A stretch of DNA of 32,460 nt from a candidate division WOR-3 bacterium (GCA_039801285.1 JBDRUJ010000003.1:1-32460), one strand, 5' to 3'. Positions 22,753 to 30,920 are shown, counted from the first letter of the stretch. Made by a program: numbers and translations. Notes: generated from the sequence alone by a model not told the origin.

Positions 22753-23376
22753 GCACCGGGTTGCCCTGCGTGACTCCTCCATCAGAGACCTGCAGGCCCA
22801 TTCTGAAACTGACCTAATAGCCCATTTACAGACTGAGTGCACGGCTGCTCCTCTGGCCGTGATTGTAGCAGCGGCTCAGAGCCCAAGACCGGCAGCAATG
22901 GTTGCCAGAAGGCGGGCAGAATAAGGGGCGGAGCTTGAGGCAGAGTCTGATGCCGCCATAAAGGCCGATTGAAATGCAGCCTGTCTGAGAGCCGGGCAAA
23001 GAGTGTGAAAGACGGCGTTTCTGACAAATTTCCAGACTGACTGGGGAACTGTCTCCCAGATGGCCGTGGAAAATGATGCCCGCCCTTCTAAGTCTTGAGA
23101 AATCATAGGCTTGGCCAGAAATGCCCGCTTGGGGGTGTTATACTTATAAGTACAATAAAACAGGGCAGCCAGAGCAAGGTGCAGACCGGCTCTGTTATTT
23201 CACTGACTCGGGTCGGTTGTTCAGGAAGGGCGGTTGGTGCTTTATGTCATGGCTGTGAAGTTGGAAAATCTGCTTGGAATGACTCCTGTCCGCGGGAATG
23301 ACAAGAGCGGCAGCCGCTCCTCAGAAATTACGGTTGCACCTTGGAGGCGATGTCCTGGCGGTAGGACAGGGCTGGT

Positions 23377-23405
23377 TTGACAGCAGCCTGTAGGAGATTT
23401 ATATT
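23377..23405 (+). promoter_or_regulatory. consensus sigma70 promoter abutting the rsmD ATG (leaderless predicted)
   Basis: TTGACA (23377-23382), 17-nt spacer, TATATT (23400-23405). Six nt (TCTCCT) precede ATG 23412. Confidence 0.55.
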
Positions 23406-23411
23406 TCTCCT

Positions 23412-23990
23412 ATGCGCATTGTCAGCGGCAGGTTGCGGGGCCGGCGGCTGGTCTATCCCAGGGCCGGGCTGAGGCCGACAAAGGAGATGACCAGGCAGGC
23501 GATATTCAACATTCTGGGCCGAAGGGTGACCGGGGCACGGGTTCTGGACCTTTTTGCCGGTGGCGGCTCTCTGGGAATTGAGGCGTTGTCGCGCGGTGCG
23601 CGGAGCGCCGTTTTTGTTGAGAAGAGTGCCGGTGCGGTCCGGTTTCTGCGGGAGAATGCCCGGGGCCTGGCTGGAGCGCGGGTTGTCAGGGGTGATGTCC
23701 TGCGGGTGCTGAGGCGGCTGAAGGGCGAGCAGTTTGACCTGATTTTAGCCGACCCGCCCTATTGCAACGGTCTGGTCCAGCCGACGATTGACCTGGTGGT
23801 GCAATATGAGATTCTGGCTCCGGACGGGTGGTTTGTTGTAGAGCATCACCGTCAGGAGGAGCCGGTCGGGCCGGCGGGCTGGGAGGTGCTGGGGAAGGGA
23901 AGATTCGGCGAGAGTCTGGTGACGGTGTTCCACCGGTCGCGCACCGATGGCTGCAATTCCCGCGTGTGCGGTAATGACAGAGCAGAATGA
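23412..23990 (+). CDS. rsmD: 16S rRNA (guanine966-N2)-methyltransferase RsmD
   Basis: MRIVSGRLRGRRL...P...LRPT...R.A.FNIL, SAM motif VLDLFAGGGSLGIEALSRGA, catalytic DPPY. The last ~17 codons (TDGCNSRVCGNDRAE) are encoded by a REP-like repeat. Confidence 0.9.
   Translation: MRIVSGRLRGRRLVYPRAGLRPTKEMTRQAIFNILGRRVTGARVLDLFAGGGSLGIEALSRGARSAVFVEKSAGAVRFLRENARGLAGARVVRGDVLRVLRRLKGEQFDLILADPPYCNGLVQPTIDLVVQYEILAPDGWFVVEHHRQEEPVGPAGWEVLGKGRFGESLVTVFHRSRTDGCNSRVCGNDRAE
23953..23979. repeat. REP-like palindromic element copy (reverse orientation)
   Basis: ATTCCCGC-GTGT-GCGGTAAT (23956-23975) followed by GACA. Its reverse complement TGTCATTACCGCACACGCGGGAAT matches TGTCATTCCCGCGCAGGCGGGAAT at 14996-15019. 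GGAATGACA fragments also occur at 2418-2426 and 23295-23304. Confidence 0.65.
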
Positions 23991-24023
23991 GTCCCGAATT
24001 GCTCAAGAGCATGAGGAGGCTTT

Positions 24024-24515
24024 GTGAAGATTGCGGTTTATCCCGGTTCTTTTGACCCGATTACGCTCGGCCATCTTGATGTCGTGGAGCGGGCGACGCG
24101 GCTGTTTGACGAGGTGGTTGTTGCGGTTGCTGAACGGCAGGAGAAGCACCCCATCTTCTCCTGGCAGGAGCGGATTGAGCTGGTCAAGGCCGCAACCAAA
24201 GGGATGGCGCGCGTCCGGGTAGCGGGGTTTGATACACTGCTTGTTGACTTCGTCCGGAGCCAGGGAGCCAGCGCGGTGATTCGTGGGCTGCGGGCGGTGA
24301 TGGACTTTGATTACGAGTTTCAGATGGCGCTCACCAACCGGAAGCTGGCGCCGGATGTTGAGACGGTGTTCTTTGTTCCCTCGGAGAGGTTCTTCTATCT
24401 CTCCGCTTCGCTGGTCAGGGAGCTGGCCTCAAAGGGTGGTGAGCTGAGATGCTTTGTCCCGGAGGTGGTGGAGCGGGCGCTGCGGCAGAAATGGCCCCTG
24501 GGTGGTCAGCGGTGA
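24024..24515 (+). CDS. coaD: phosphopantetheine adenylyltransferase
   Basis: GTG start after GAGGAGG. Signature KIAVYPGSFDPITLGHLDVVERA. Length ~160 aa and ...ISSSLVRE-like SASLVRELA. Confidence 0.95.
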   Translation: MKIAVYPGSFDPITLGHLDVVERATRLFDEVVVAVAERQEKHPIFSWQERIELVKAATKGMARVRVAGFDTLLVDFVRSQGASAVIRGLRAVMDFDYEFQMALTNRKLAPDVETVFFVPSERFFYLSASLVRELASKGGELRCFVPEVVERALRQKWPLGGQR

Positions 24516-24518
24516 GGG

Positions 24519-25547
24519 ATGCGTTTCGTTGACCAGGCGACAATCCGGGTTCGGGCCGGTGACGGCGGCAAAGGCTGCATCTCGTTCCGCCGCGAGAAGT
24601 TTGTGCCCAGAGGCGGGCCGGATGGCGGTGACGGCGGGGATGGCGGCTCGGTTGTCCTTTTGGGCGACGCTCGGCTGATGACACTGGCTGACCTGGAGTA
24701 CCGCCGGTTTTACCGGGCTGAGGATGGCCAGCACGGAATGGGTAAGGACCGGCACGGCAAAAACGGAAGGGATGAGGTCGTCCCGGTGCCTCTGGGCACC
24801 GACGTTTTTGATGCTCAAAGCGGTGTGAAGCTGGGCGAGGTCCTGAAGCCCGGCCAGATGCTGATTGTGGCCCGGGGAGGCAAGGGCGGCAGGGGTAATG
24901 CCCGGTTTGCAAGCCCGACCAATCAGGCGCCGCGAATTGCCGAGCCGGGAGAGCCGGGTGAGGAAAAAGAGCTCAAACTGGTGCTGCGGCTTCTGGCCGA
25001 TGTCGGGATTGTGGGACTGCCCAATGCCGGGAAGTCAACCCTTCTCGCCGCTTTGACCAGCGCACGTCCCAAGATTGCCGACTATCCCTTCACCACCCTG
25101 ACACCGAACCTGGGTGTTCTGGAGACCAGGAACTTCCGCTGGACCATTGCCGATATGCCGGGAATCATCAAAGGTGCGCATCAGGGCAAGGGGCTGGGGC
25201 TGGCATTTCTCAGACATATTGAGCGGACGAGGATGCTGGTCTTTGTGATTGATGCGACGGCAGAACGGCCTGAGGATGATTACCGGCAGCTCTGTGAGGA
25301 GATTGAGAGGTTCGAGGAGGGCGGAGGGCGGAAGGCGGAAGGCGGTCTGACCCCGAGGATTCTTGAGAGGCCGCGGCTGGTCGTGATGAACAAGATCGAC
25401 CTTCTCGAAAGTGACGCCCTGCTCACAGGACGTCAAGCCCTGCGCCTGGATGTTCCGGTGTTATGGGTTTCGGCATTGCTGGGAACCGGGATTGAGGAGT
25501 TGCGGAAGGAGATTGAACGACAGATAGGCGGAAGTCCGCAATGCTGA
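24519..25547 (+). CDS. obg: GTPase Obg/CgtA
   Basis: Obg fold N-terminus MRFVDQATIRVRAGDGGKGCISFRREKFVPRGGPDGGDGGDGGSV. G1 GLPNAGKST, G3 DMPG, G4 NKID. Confidence 0.95.
   Translation: MRFVDQATIRVRAGDGGKGCISFRREKFVPRGGPDGGDGGDGGSVVLLGDARLMTLADLEYRRFYRAEDGQHGMGKDRHGKNGRDEVVPVPLGTDVFDAQSGVKLGEVLKPGQMLIVARGGKGGRGNARFASPTNQAPRIAEPGEPGEEKELKLVLRLLADVGIVGLPNAGKSTLLAALTSARPKIADYPFTTLTPNLGVLETRNFRWTIADMPGIIKGAHQGKGLGLAFLRHIERTRMLVFVIDATAERPEDDYRQLCEEIERFEEGGGRKAEGGLTPRILERPRLVVMNKIDLLESDALLTGRQALRLDVPVLWVSALLGTGIEELRKEIERQIGGSPQC
25314..25345. repeat. heptanucleotide tandem repeat inside obg: GAGGAGG GCGGAGG GCGGAAG GCGGAAG GCGG
   Basis: Read directly, with units starting at 25314, 25321, 25328, 25335 and 25342. 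It encodes EEGGGRKAEGG between the G3 and G4 motifs. Confidence 0.85.
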
Positions 25548-26614
25548 ACGAGGTTTTCTTTGATATCTACGCCGTGCCGAGAATGACCGAGTTCCGGCTG
25601 AAGAACCTCTTGCAGCGGTTCCGGACTCCGGAAGCAATCTTCGCTGCCCGAAGGGAGGAGCTCCTGGAGGTGACCGGTGTTGATGAGCGGCTTGCGGACG
25701 ACATCCTCTCCTTTCGCCGGGATGATGAGCAGAAGCAACGGATAAGGAAGGCAAAGGAGATGGGGGTCAGGACGATAAGCTATCTGGATAAGGAGTTCCC
25801 GGCAAATCTGAAGGATGTTCCCCATATGCCGCCGGTCCTGTTCGTCAGGGGCGAGTTGAGCGATGCCGACCAACAGGCAGTTGCGATTGTGGGTACTCGC
25901 AACGCCACCCACTATGGGGCACAGGTGGCGGAGCGGCTGGCCCGGGAGCTGGCCCAGTGCGGAGTTACAGTGGTAAGCGGCCTGGCACGGGGAATAGACA
26001 CCTGGGCGCACAGGGGCGCGCTGGCTGGTGGCGGCCGGACCATCGCGGTTCTGGGCTGCGGTGTTGATGTCTTTTATCCGCCGGAGAATCGCCGGCTCTA
26101 TGATGAGATTGCCAGCCACGGTGCCCTGGTTACCGAATTTCCGATGGGCGTCGAACCCTTGGCAATGAACTTTCCCAAGCGGAACCGAATTGTCTCTGGG
26201 CTAGCGCGGGCGGTTGTTGCGGTGGAGGCGGGCGAAAAATCTGGGGTCCTGAACACCTGTGCCTGGGCAGTTGACCAGGGCCGAGAAGTCTTTGCAGTTC
26301 CGGGCCGGATTACCGACCAGCGGAGTCTTGGCACCAACCGGTTGATAAGGGATGGGGCGGGGATAGTGACCTCGGCTCGGGACATCCTTGAGGCCCTCGG
26401 GCTTAAGCCGAGCGAGAAGACCAAGCCTACAGTTGAAATTGCTGCCGATGAGAAGCCGGTCCTTGAGTTTCTCTCCACCGAGCCGCGGCACATTGACGAG
26501 GTGTGCGAGGGCCTGGGTATGCCGATGCCGGCGCTTCTGAGCCTTCTGCTCCAAATGGAGCTCAAGGGGCTGGTGCGTCAGTTACCGGGCAAGTTCTTCG
26601 TGCGGCAGGATTAG
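25541..26614 (+). CDS. dprA: DNA-processing protein DprA (Smf)
   Basis: Rossmann-like core VAIVGTRNATHYG...VVSGLARGIDTWAHRGAL...GVDVFYPPEN...EFP.G......FP.RNRI.SGL and a C-terminal winged-helix-like LLQMELKGLV. It overlaps obg by 7 nt. Confidence 0.93.
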   Translation: MLNEVFFDIYAVPRMTEFRLKNLLQRFRTPEAIFAARREELLEVTGVDERLADDILSFRRDDEQKQRIRKAKEMGVRTISYLDKEFPANLKDVPHMPPVLFVRGELSDADQQAVAIVGTRNATHYGAQVAERLARELAQCGVTVVSGLARGIDTWAHRGALAGGGRTIAVLGCGVDVFYPPENRRLYDEIASHGALVTEFPMGVEPLAMNFPKRNRIVSGLARAVVAVEAGEKSGVLNTCAWAVDQGREVFAVPGRITDQRSLGTNRLIRDGAGIVTSARDILEALGLKPSEKTKPTVEIAADEKPVLEFLSTEPRHIDEVCEGLGMPMPALLSLLLQMELKGLVRQLPGKFFVRQD

Positions 26615-27432
26615 GGTCGGCGTTTCCGGACCAGGTCAAAGGCGATGTCAACTGCCGGTGCCGAGTGGGTGATTGTCCCGACCGAAATATAGTCCACCCC
26701 GGTCAGTGCCACGGCACGGACCCTTTTCAAGTTTATTCCGCCCGAGGCCTCAAGCTCGGCCCGACCGCTAACCAGTTCAACCGCCCGGCGCATCTGGGCA
26801 AGCGACATATTGTCGAGCATGATGCGACGGGCACCGGCCGCTAGCGCGGTGCGCAGCTCTGCCAGATTCCTCACCTCCACCTCAAAGGGCCGGCCGGCAA
26901 CCCGGTGCAGTGCTTCGGCAAGGGAACCGGCGGCAACGATGTGGTTGTCTTTGATGAGAATCTGGTCGTAGAGGCCCTGGCGGTGATTCTTGCCGCCACC
27001 ACACCGGACCGCGTACTTCTCCAACCGGCGCAGTCCCGGTGTTGTCTTCCGGGTGTCGAGGAGGACGGCGCGGGTCCCGCGAATCGCCCGGACAAATTTC
27101 CAGGTCAGGGTGGCGATACCCGATAGGTGCTGGAGGAAGTTCAGGGCGGTGCGTTCGGCAGCAAGCAGTGAGCGGGCACGACCCGCGACAACCGCGAGAA
27201 CCGTTCCCTTCCGGAAGCGGCTGCCGTCCTGAAGCCTGGCCCAAAAGCGCGTTCTTGGGTCAACAGTCCGGAAAACCTGTTCACAGACCCTGATGCCGGC
27301 GAGCACGCCGGGAGCCCGGGCCCTGATGTGACCCACCGCCTGCTGCCGGGCCGGGATGAGAAGCTGCGAAGTTATGTCGCCTTTGCCGATGTCCTCGGCC
27401 AGTGCCGCCTTGATGAGCTGGAGGGTGGTCAT
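26611..27432 (-). CDS. nadC: nicotinate-nucleotide pyrophosphorylase (carboxylating)
   Basis: The ORF track extends to 27624. ATG 27432 (MTTLQLIKAALAEDIGKGDITS) is preferred because the upstream extension overlaps the regulator gene. Motifs: ERTALNFLQHLSGIAT, DTRKTTPGLR, KYAVRCGGGKNHRQGLYDQILIKDNH, IMLDNM, ASGGI. Confidence 0.93.
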   Translation of the reverse strand: MTTLQLIKAALAEDIGKGDITSQLLIPARQQAVGHIRARAPGVLAGIRVCEQVFRTVDPRTRFWARLQDGSRFRKGTVLAVVAGRARSLLAAERTALNFLQHLSGIATLTWKFVRAIRGTRAVLLDTRKTTPGLRRLEKYAVRCGGGKNHRQGLYDQILIKDNHIVAAGSLAEALHRVAGRPFEVEVRNLAELRTALAAGARRIMLDNMSLAQMRRAVELVSGRAELEASGGINLKRVRAVALTGVDYISVGTITHSAPAVDIAFDLVRKRRP

Positions 27433-27463
27433 CGGTTGAGAAGCGGGTGGTGAACCCGGCGCG

Positions 27464-27892
27464 TCAATTCTCGGGCTTTGGTTCGGTCCCGGCCGGCTCA
27501 GGGTGTTCCTGGGCCGACTCTTCGGGAAACAGAAGCTCACGAATCTTGTTGAGCAGGACCGGCGGGTCAAAAGGTTTGGTAATGTAGGCGTTGGCGCCCA
27601 TGTCAAGGCCACGACGGACGTCATCGGGTGAGCTGCGGGCGGTGAACATGATTATCGGCAGGGGTTCGCTCCGGCTGGCGCGGAGAAGGCGGCAGACCGT
27701 ATAACCGTCCATCTTGGGAATCATCAGGTCAAGAATCACCAGGTCGGGCTGAAACTCCCGGGCCCGGGCGATTGCCTGATAGCCGTCGGCGGCGGTTGCC
27801 ACTTGATAGCCGTTCTGCTCAAGCCGGGCCTTGACCAGCTCGCGCATGTTGGCATCGTCTTCGACAATCAGAATCTTCTTCGGCTGGCTCAT
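27464..27892 (-). CDS. single-domain response regulator (receiver only) with Pro/Glu-rich tail
   Basis: KKILIVEDD...DLVILDLMIPKMDG...PIIMFTA...GANAYITKPFD. There is no output domain; the sequence ends FPEESAQEHPEPAGTEPKPEN. Confidence 0.92.
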   Translation of the reverse strand: MSQPKKILIVEDDANMRELVKARLEQNGYQVATAADGYQAIARAREFQPDLVILDLMIPKMDGYTVCRLLRASRSEPLPIIMFTARSSPDDVRRGLDMGANAYITKPFDPPVLLNKIRELLFPEESAQEHPEPAGTEPKPEN

Positions 27893-29340
27893 GAGTTCTC
27901 CTTAACAGGCAGAACAAAGCTGAAACTGGCACCTTCACCCAGGACACTCCGCGCCCAGACCTTGCCGTGATGCATCTGGATGATGGATTTGACGATTGCC
28001 AGACCCAGGCCGATTCCCGGGCCGTGGGGGTCAACCCGCTCGAACTTGCCGAAGATGCGTTCGAGGAACTCGGCAGGGATGCCTGGACCTTCGTCAGAGA
28101 TGGTGACCTGCAGATAACCGGTGTTTGCCAGAATCCCGTTTTCGGAAAGAACCGGTGCGGCCGGGTCAACAGGCCCGATTTCAATCCGGATTGTGCCGCC
28201 CTCAGGCGAATATTTGATGGCATTATCGAGCAGATTGTTGAAGACCCTCAGCAGCCGGTCACGGTCGGCAAGGACTGGTGGGAGATTGTCCGGGATTATC
28301 CTTTCAATCTTCAGGTTCTTCTTCTGAATGAGCAACGCCAGGCTGTCTAGGGCGGTGGCAAGGACGCCCTTCAAGTCCACTGCCGCAAGGTCCAGTGCGA
28401 CCTTGCCGGCCTCCATCCGCGACACCTCAATCAGATTGTCAATCATCCGATTGAGCCGGTCCATCTCCTCGCGGGCGATGGCAAGGTAGCGGCGCTGACG
28501 CTCCTCAAGCCGGCCGGCCGCGCTCTCCGCAAGAAGCGAAATTGCCTCTTTGATGGCGGCCAGGGGTGTCCGGAGGTCGTGGGAGACCATGGCGATGAAG
28601 TCGCCCCGGATGCGCTCGGCCTGCTTGACCTGCGAGATGTCGCGGAGATAGGCAATCAAAAGGGTGCGGGAGTCGGTCTCCGCAGGGACGAGCCGCAGCT
28701 CGCACTCAATCTCGTGACCGGAGCGATTCATAACCCGCACCTCATGATGAATGGGCAGCGGCAACCGATGCGGGTCGCTGAGCATCTGAGCAATCGCCTT
28801 GCGGTCCTTGGGGATAAGCAGCCGCTCCAGGCTCATCCGGCCAAGCTGGGGGGAGCTGTAACCGGTCAGCTCCTCAAAGCGTCGGTTGACATAGACAATC
28901 TGTCCGTTCTCAATGATGCAGATGCCATCAATCGCATTCTCCATCACCTGACGGCTGGTCCACTCTCCCAACCCGGGCTGACGTCCGGCCGGACATTCCA
29001 TCACCGAGCCGATGAGCCAGGTTGCATCTTCCACTGTCCGGCGCATGAGAACCACCGATACGGGAATCGGGTGCTTGTCCCGGCCCAGGATACAGGAGTC
29101 GGTCAGCATCCGGACATCGGCTTCAGGCCGGGTCCGGCTGAGCCGACTGGCTTCGGCCGGCGGAAAAAGCTCGCGCCAGACCTTTCCGACAAGCTGGTCA
29201 GGGTTGTTATAGCCCAGGAGCCGGGCCAGTGACCGGTTGGCAAAGGTTATCCGGCCACGGTCGTCGGCAATCCAGATACCCTCCTGAAGTTCATTCAGGA
29301 ATGTCGGGCCGTTCAGGAGCGTTTCGATGGAAACTTTCAT
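27889..29340 (-). CDS. cytoplasmic PAS-domain sensor histidine kinase
   Basis: Two PAS-like modules (GIWIADDRGRITFANRSLARLLGY; DGICIIENGQIVYVNRRFEELTGY). H-box SHDLRTPLAAI, N-box NLLDNAIKYSPEGG, G1 DEGPGIP, G2 GIGLGLAIV. No TM segment. ATGA overlap with the regulator gene. Confidence 0.93.
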   Translation of the reverse strand: MKVSIETLLNGPTFLNELQEGIWIADDRGRITFANRSLARLLGYNNPDQLVGKVWRELFPPAEASRLSRTRPEADVRMLTDSCILGRDKHPIPVSVVLMRRTVEDATWLIGSVMECPAGRQPGLGEWTSRQVMENAIDGICIIENGQIVYVNRRFEELTGYSSPQLGRMSLERLLIPKDRKAIAQMLSDPHRLPLPIHHEVRVMNRSGHEIECELRLVPAETDSRTLLIAYLRDISQVKQAERIRGDFIAMVSHDLRTPLAAIKEAISLLAESAAGRLEERQRRYLAIAREEMDRLNRMIDNLIEVSRMEAGKVALDLAAVDLKGVLATALDSLALLIQKKNLKIERIIPDNLPPVLADRDRLLRVFNNLLDNAIKYSPEGGTIRIEIGPVDPAAPVLSENGILANTGYLQVTISDEGPGIPAEFLERIFGKFERVDPHGPGIGLGLAIVKSIIQMHHGKVWARSVLGEGASFSFVLPVKENS

Positions 29341-29395
29341 AATATCAAAGCCAGACTCCGGCTGTGCTTTGTTCAGAACAGTCGAAGTCGGGCAT

Positions 29396-29443
29396 AGTTT
29401 AGCCTATCCTGTCCTTTTGTCAAACCTTTGTATAAGTCAAGGA
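29396..29443 (-). promoter_or_regulatory. promoter of the kinase-regulator-nadC operon with the same 16-nt upstream box as rnf
   Basis: On the minus strand: TCCTTGACTTATACAA (29443-29428), 4 nt, TTGACA (29423-29418), 16-nt spacer ending GGC, TAAACT (29401-29396). Confidence 0.5.
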
Positions 29444-29519
29444 CATTTGCGACATCACCTCCGCCTTCCGCGAGGGTAGTATACTAAATCTTGTGTAAAT
29501 TTGAGAAGCAAGCACGAAC

Positions 29520-29548
29520 TTGACAGCAAATGAACTCCAGGGCATTAT
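29520..29548 (+). promoter_or_regulatory. sigma70-type promoter for the PKD/PQQ-like gene
   Basis: TTGACA (29520-29525), 17-nt spacer, CATTAT (29543-29548). The TTG used as ORF-track start is the -35 itself. Confidence 0.4.
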
Positions 29549-29567
29549 TCCTCCACAACCGACCGCT

Positions 29568-30920
29568 ATGTTGCTACTAAGACGAGGTTCTGTCATTAGG
29601 TCAATCCCTGTTTTGATAATAAGCGGTTGTGCAATCGCCGTAGTTACTTGCTGGCGCCCTCGTGTTGTTATTTTACATGAGCGCGAATCCACCGGAAGTG
29701 TTGGCGTTACATGCTCCTTCTTGGCGAAGGCGACCGACCCAAAACGGGAAAGCGTTGCGGTCCGATTCTCTTGGGGAGACGGCGACACTTCCGACTGGAG
29801 CAACTGGGTTGCGAGCGGCGAGACGGTCGCGCAATCCCATTCCTGGAAGAGCCCTGGCTCCTATGATGTGATGTTGCAGGCGAGGGACAAGCAAGGCGCA
29901 ACGTCGGGCTGGTCCGAATGCCATGCGGTTGCCGTGGCCCTTCCGCCCGGCACCCTGAAGTGGCGCTACCGGATTGACGGAACGGTAGGCTCGCCAGCAA
30001 TCGGCCCGGATGGAACAATCTATGTCTGTTCTTTCGTCCTCCGGCCAGAGTGCCGTAAAGAGTTTGAAGAGGAATACGGGAGTGGCGCCGATTTGACGAA
30101 GTACTTTGATAGTTGGGTTCATGCAATCAACCCCGACGGCACTCTTCGCTGGTGTTCCAAAACCGGTCAGGGGTGTAGTAATGGTTCGCCTGAGTTTGGC
30201 CCTGACGGCACAGTTTACGCTAATGGCTATGCCTTCACTTTCACATCAGAAGGACTGTCAAGGACTGCGCAGGACCGAACACCTGCTGCTACGGGAGCTG
30301 AGGGGGTTTTCTACGAACCTCACTACAGTGCAGTTCTGATAGCCTACAATCCAGATGGAAGTGTGAAATGGTCACTTCAGGAGGATGAAGGGATGTGGGC
30401 TGGCAGCAGTATTTTCTTTAGCATACAGGAGGTATCTGGTGAGCCTTTCCTAGGCAGCCCGGCAATAGGTCAGGATGGCACAATCTACTACGGTCACCGT
30501 CAAGGTGGATTTTATGCCATCCGGCCTGATGGAACAATCAAATGGAAGCTTGAGATTGATGCCGGTGTCGTGTCGTCGCCGGTAATTGGCGCAGATGGAA
30601 CGGTATACTTCGGAGGACGGGATGGTTATTTTTATGCTGTCACACCTGACGGCAGAGTGAAGTGGCGTTTTGATGTTGGGGCTAGTGCCGAAGCCGAGGT
30701 GGTTGCCACTCCTGTCATCGCTGCCGATGGCACGATTTATGTGGGCTCCAAGGATAGTTATCTTTATGCGCTTACGCCCGACGGAACGCTCAAATGGCGC
30801 TTCAAGACCGAGGGCGAAATAGTCGCTTCTCCTACTATTGGTCCGGACGGCACACTCTATTTCGGCTCAAAAGATGGCTACCTGTATGCCGTCCAAGACA
30901 CACTGGGAGGTGTAAAATGA
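29568..30920 (+). CDS. membrane-anchored/secreted PKD-domain plus PQQ-like (BamB-type) beta-propeller repeat protein
   Basis: ATG 29568 (MLLLRRGSVIRSIPVLIISGCAIAVVTCW) is preferred over TTG 29520. PKD-like module: RFSWGDGDTSDW...HSWKSPGSYDVMLQARDKQG. Repeated blades: SPAIGPDGTIYV / GADGTVYFGGRDGYFYAVTPDGRVKWRF / DGTIYVGSKDSYLYALTPDGTLKWRF. Confidence 0.85.
   Translation: MLLLRRGSVIRSIPVLIISGCAIAVVTCWRPRVVILHERESTGSVGVTCSFLAKATDPKRESVAVRFSWGDGDTSDWSNWVASGETVAQSHSWKSPGSYDVMLQARDKQGATSGWSECHAVAVALPPGTLKWRYRIDGTVGSPAIGPDGTIYVCSFVLRPECRKEFEEEYGSGADLTKYFDSWVHAINPDGTLRWCSKTGQGCSNGSPEFGPDGTVYANGYAFTFTSEGLSRTAQDRTPAATGAEGVFYEPHYSAVLIAYNPDGSVKWSLQEDEGMWAGSSIFFSIQEVSGEPFLGSPAIGQDGTIYYGHRQGGFYAIRPDGTIKWKLEIDAGVVSSPVIGADGTVYFGGRDGYFYAVTPDGRVKWRFDVGASAEAEVVATPVIAADGTIYVGSKDSYLYALTPDGTLKWRFKTEGEIVASPTIGPDGTLYFGSKDGYLYAVQDTLGGVK

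Noticed and set aside
22727-23106. A minus-strand frame of about 126 codons interrupted by a single in-frame TGA (…IAAGLGL*AAATITARG…), considered as a selenoprotein gene.
   Set aside because: There is no convincing SECIS-like hairpin at the right distance, no redox-type motif around the TGA and no RBS. The frame also overlaps the 3' end of the TPR gene.
23121-23258. A 45-aa Cys/aromatic-rich ORF (MPAWGCYTYKYNKTGQPEQGADRLCYFTDSGRLFRKGGWCFMSWL), considered as a small peptide or RiPP precursor.
   Set aside because: It has no RBS or properly spaced promoter and no modifying-enzyme genes nearby. The AT-rich palindrome lies inside it, which suggests a DNA-level rather than a coding function.
437-29232. 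Many long ORFs antisense to or overlapping the real genes (e.g. 437-988 -, 1043-1654 -, 7877-8842 -, 14045-14608 -, 16938-17915 -, 18740-19345 -, 20555-21121 -, 25433-26119 -, 28579-29232 +).
   Set aside because: These are shadow frames of GC-rich genes. Their translations are R/P/G/A-rich and low in complexity, lack recognisable motifs, and lie entirely inside well-supported genes on the other strand or in another frame.
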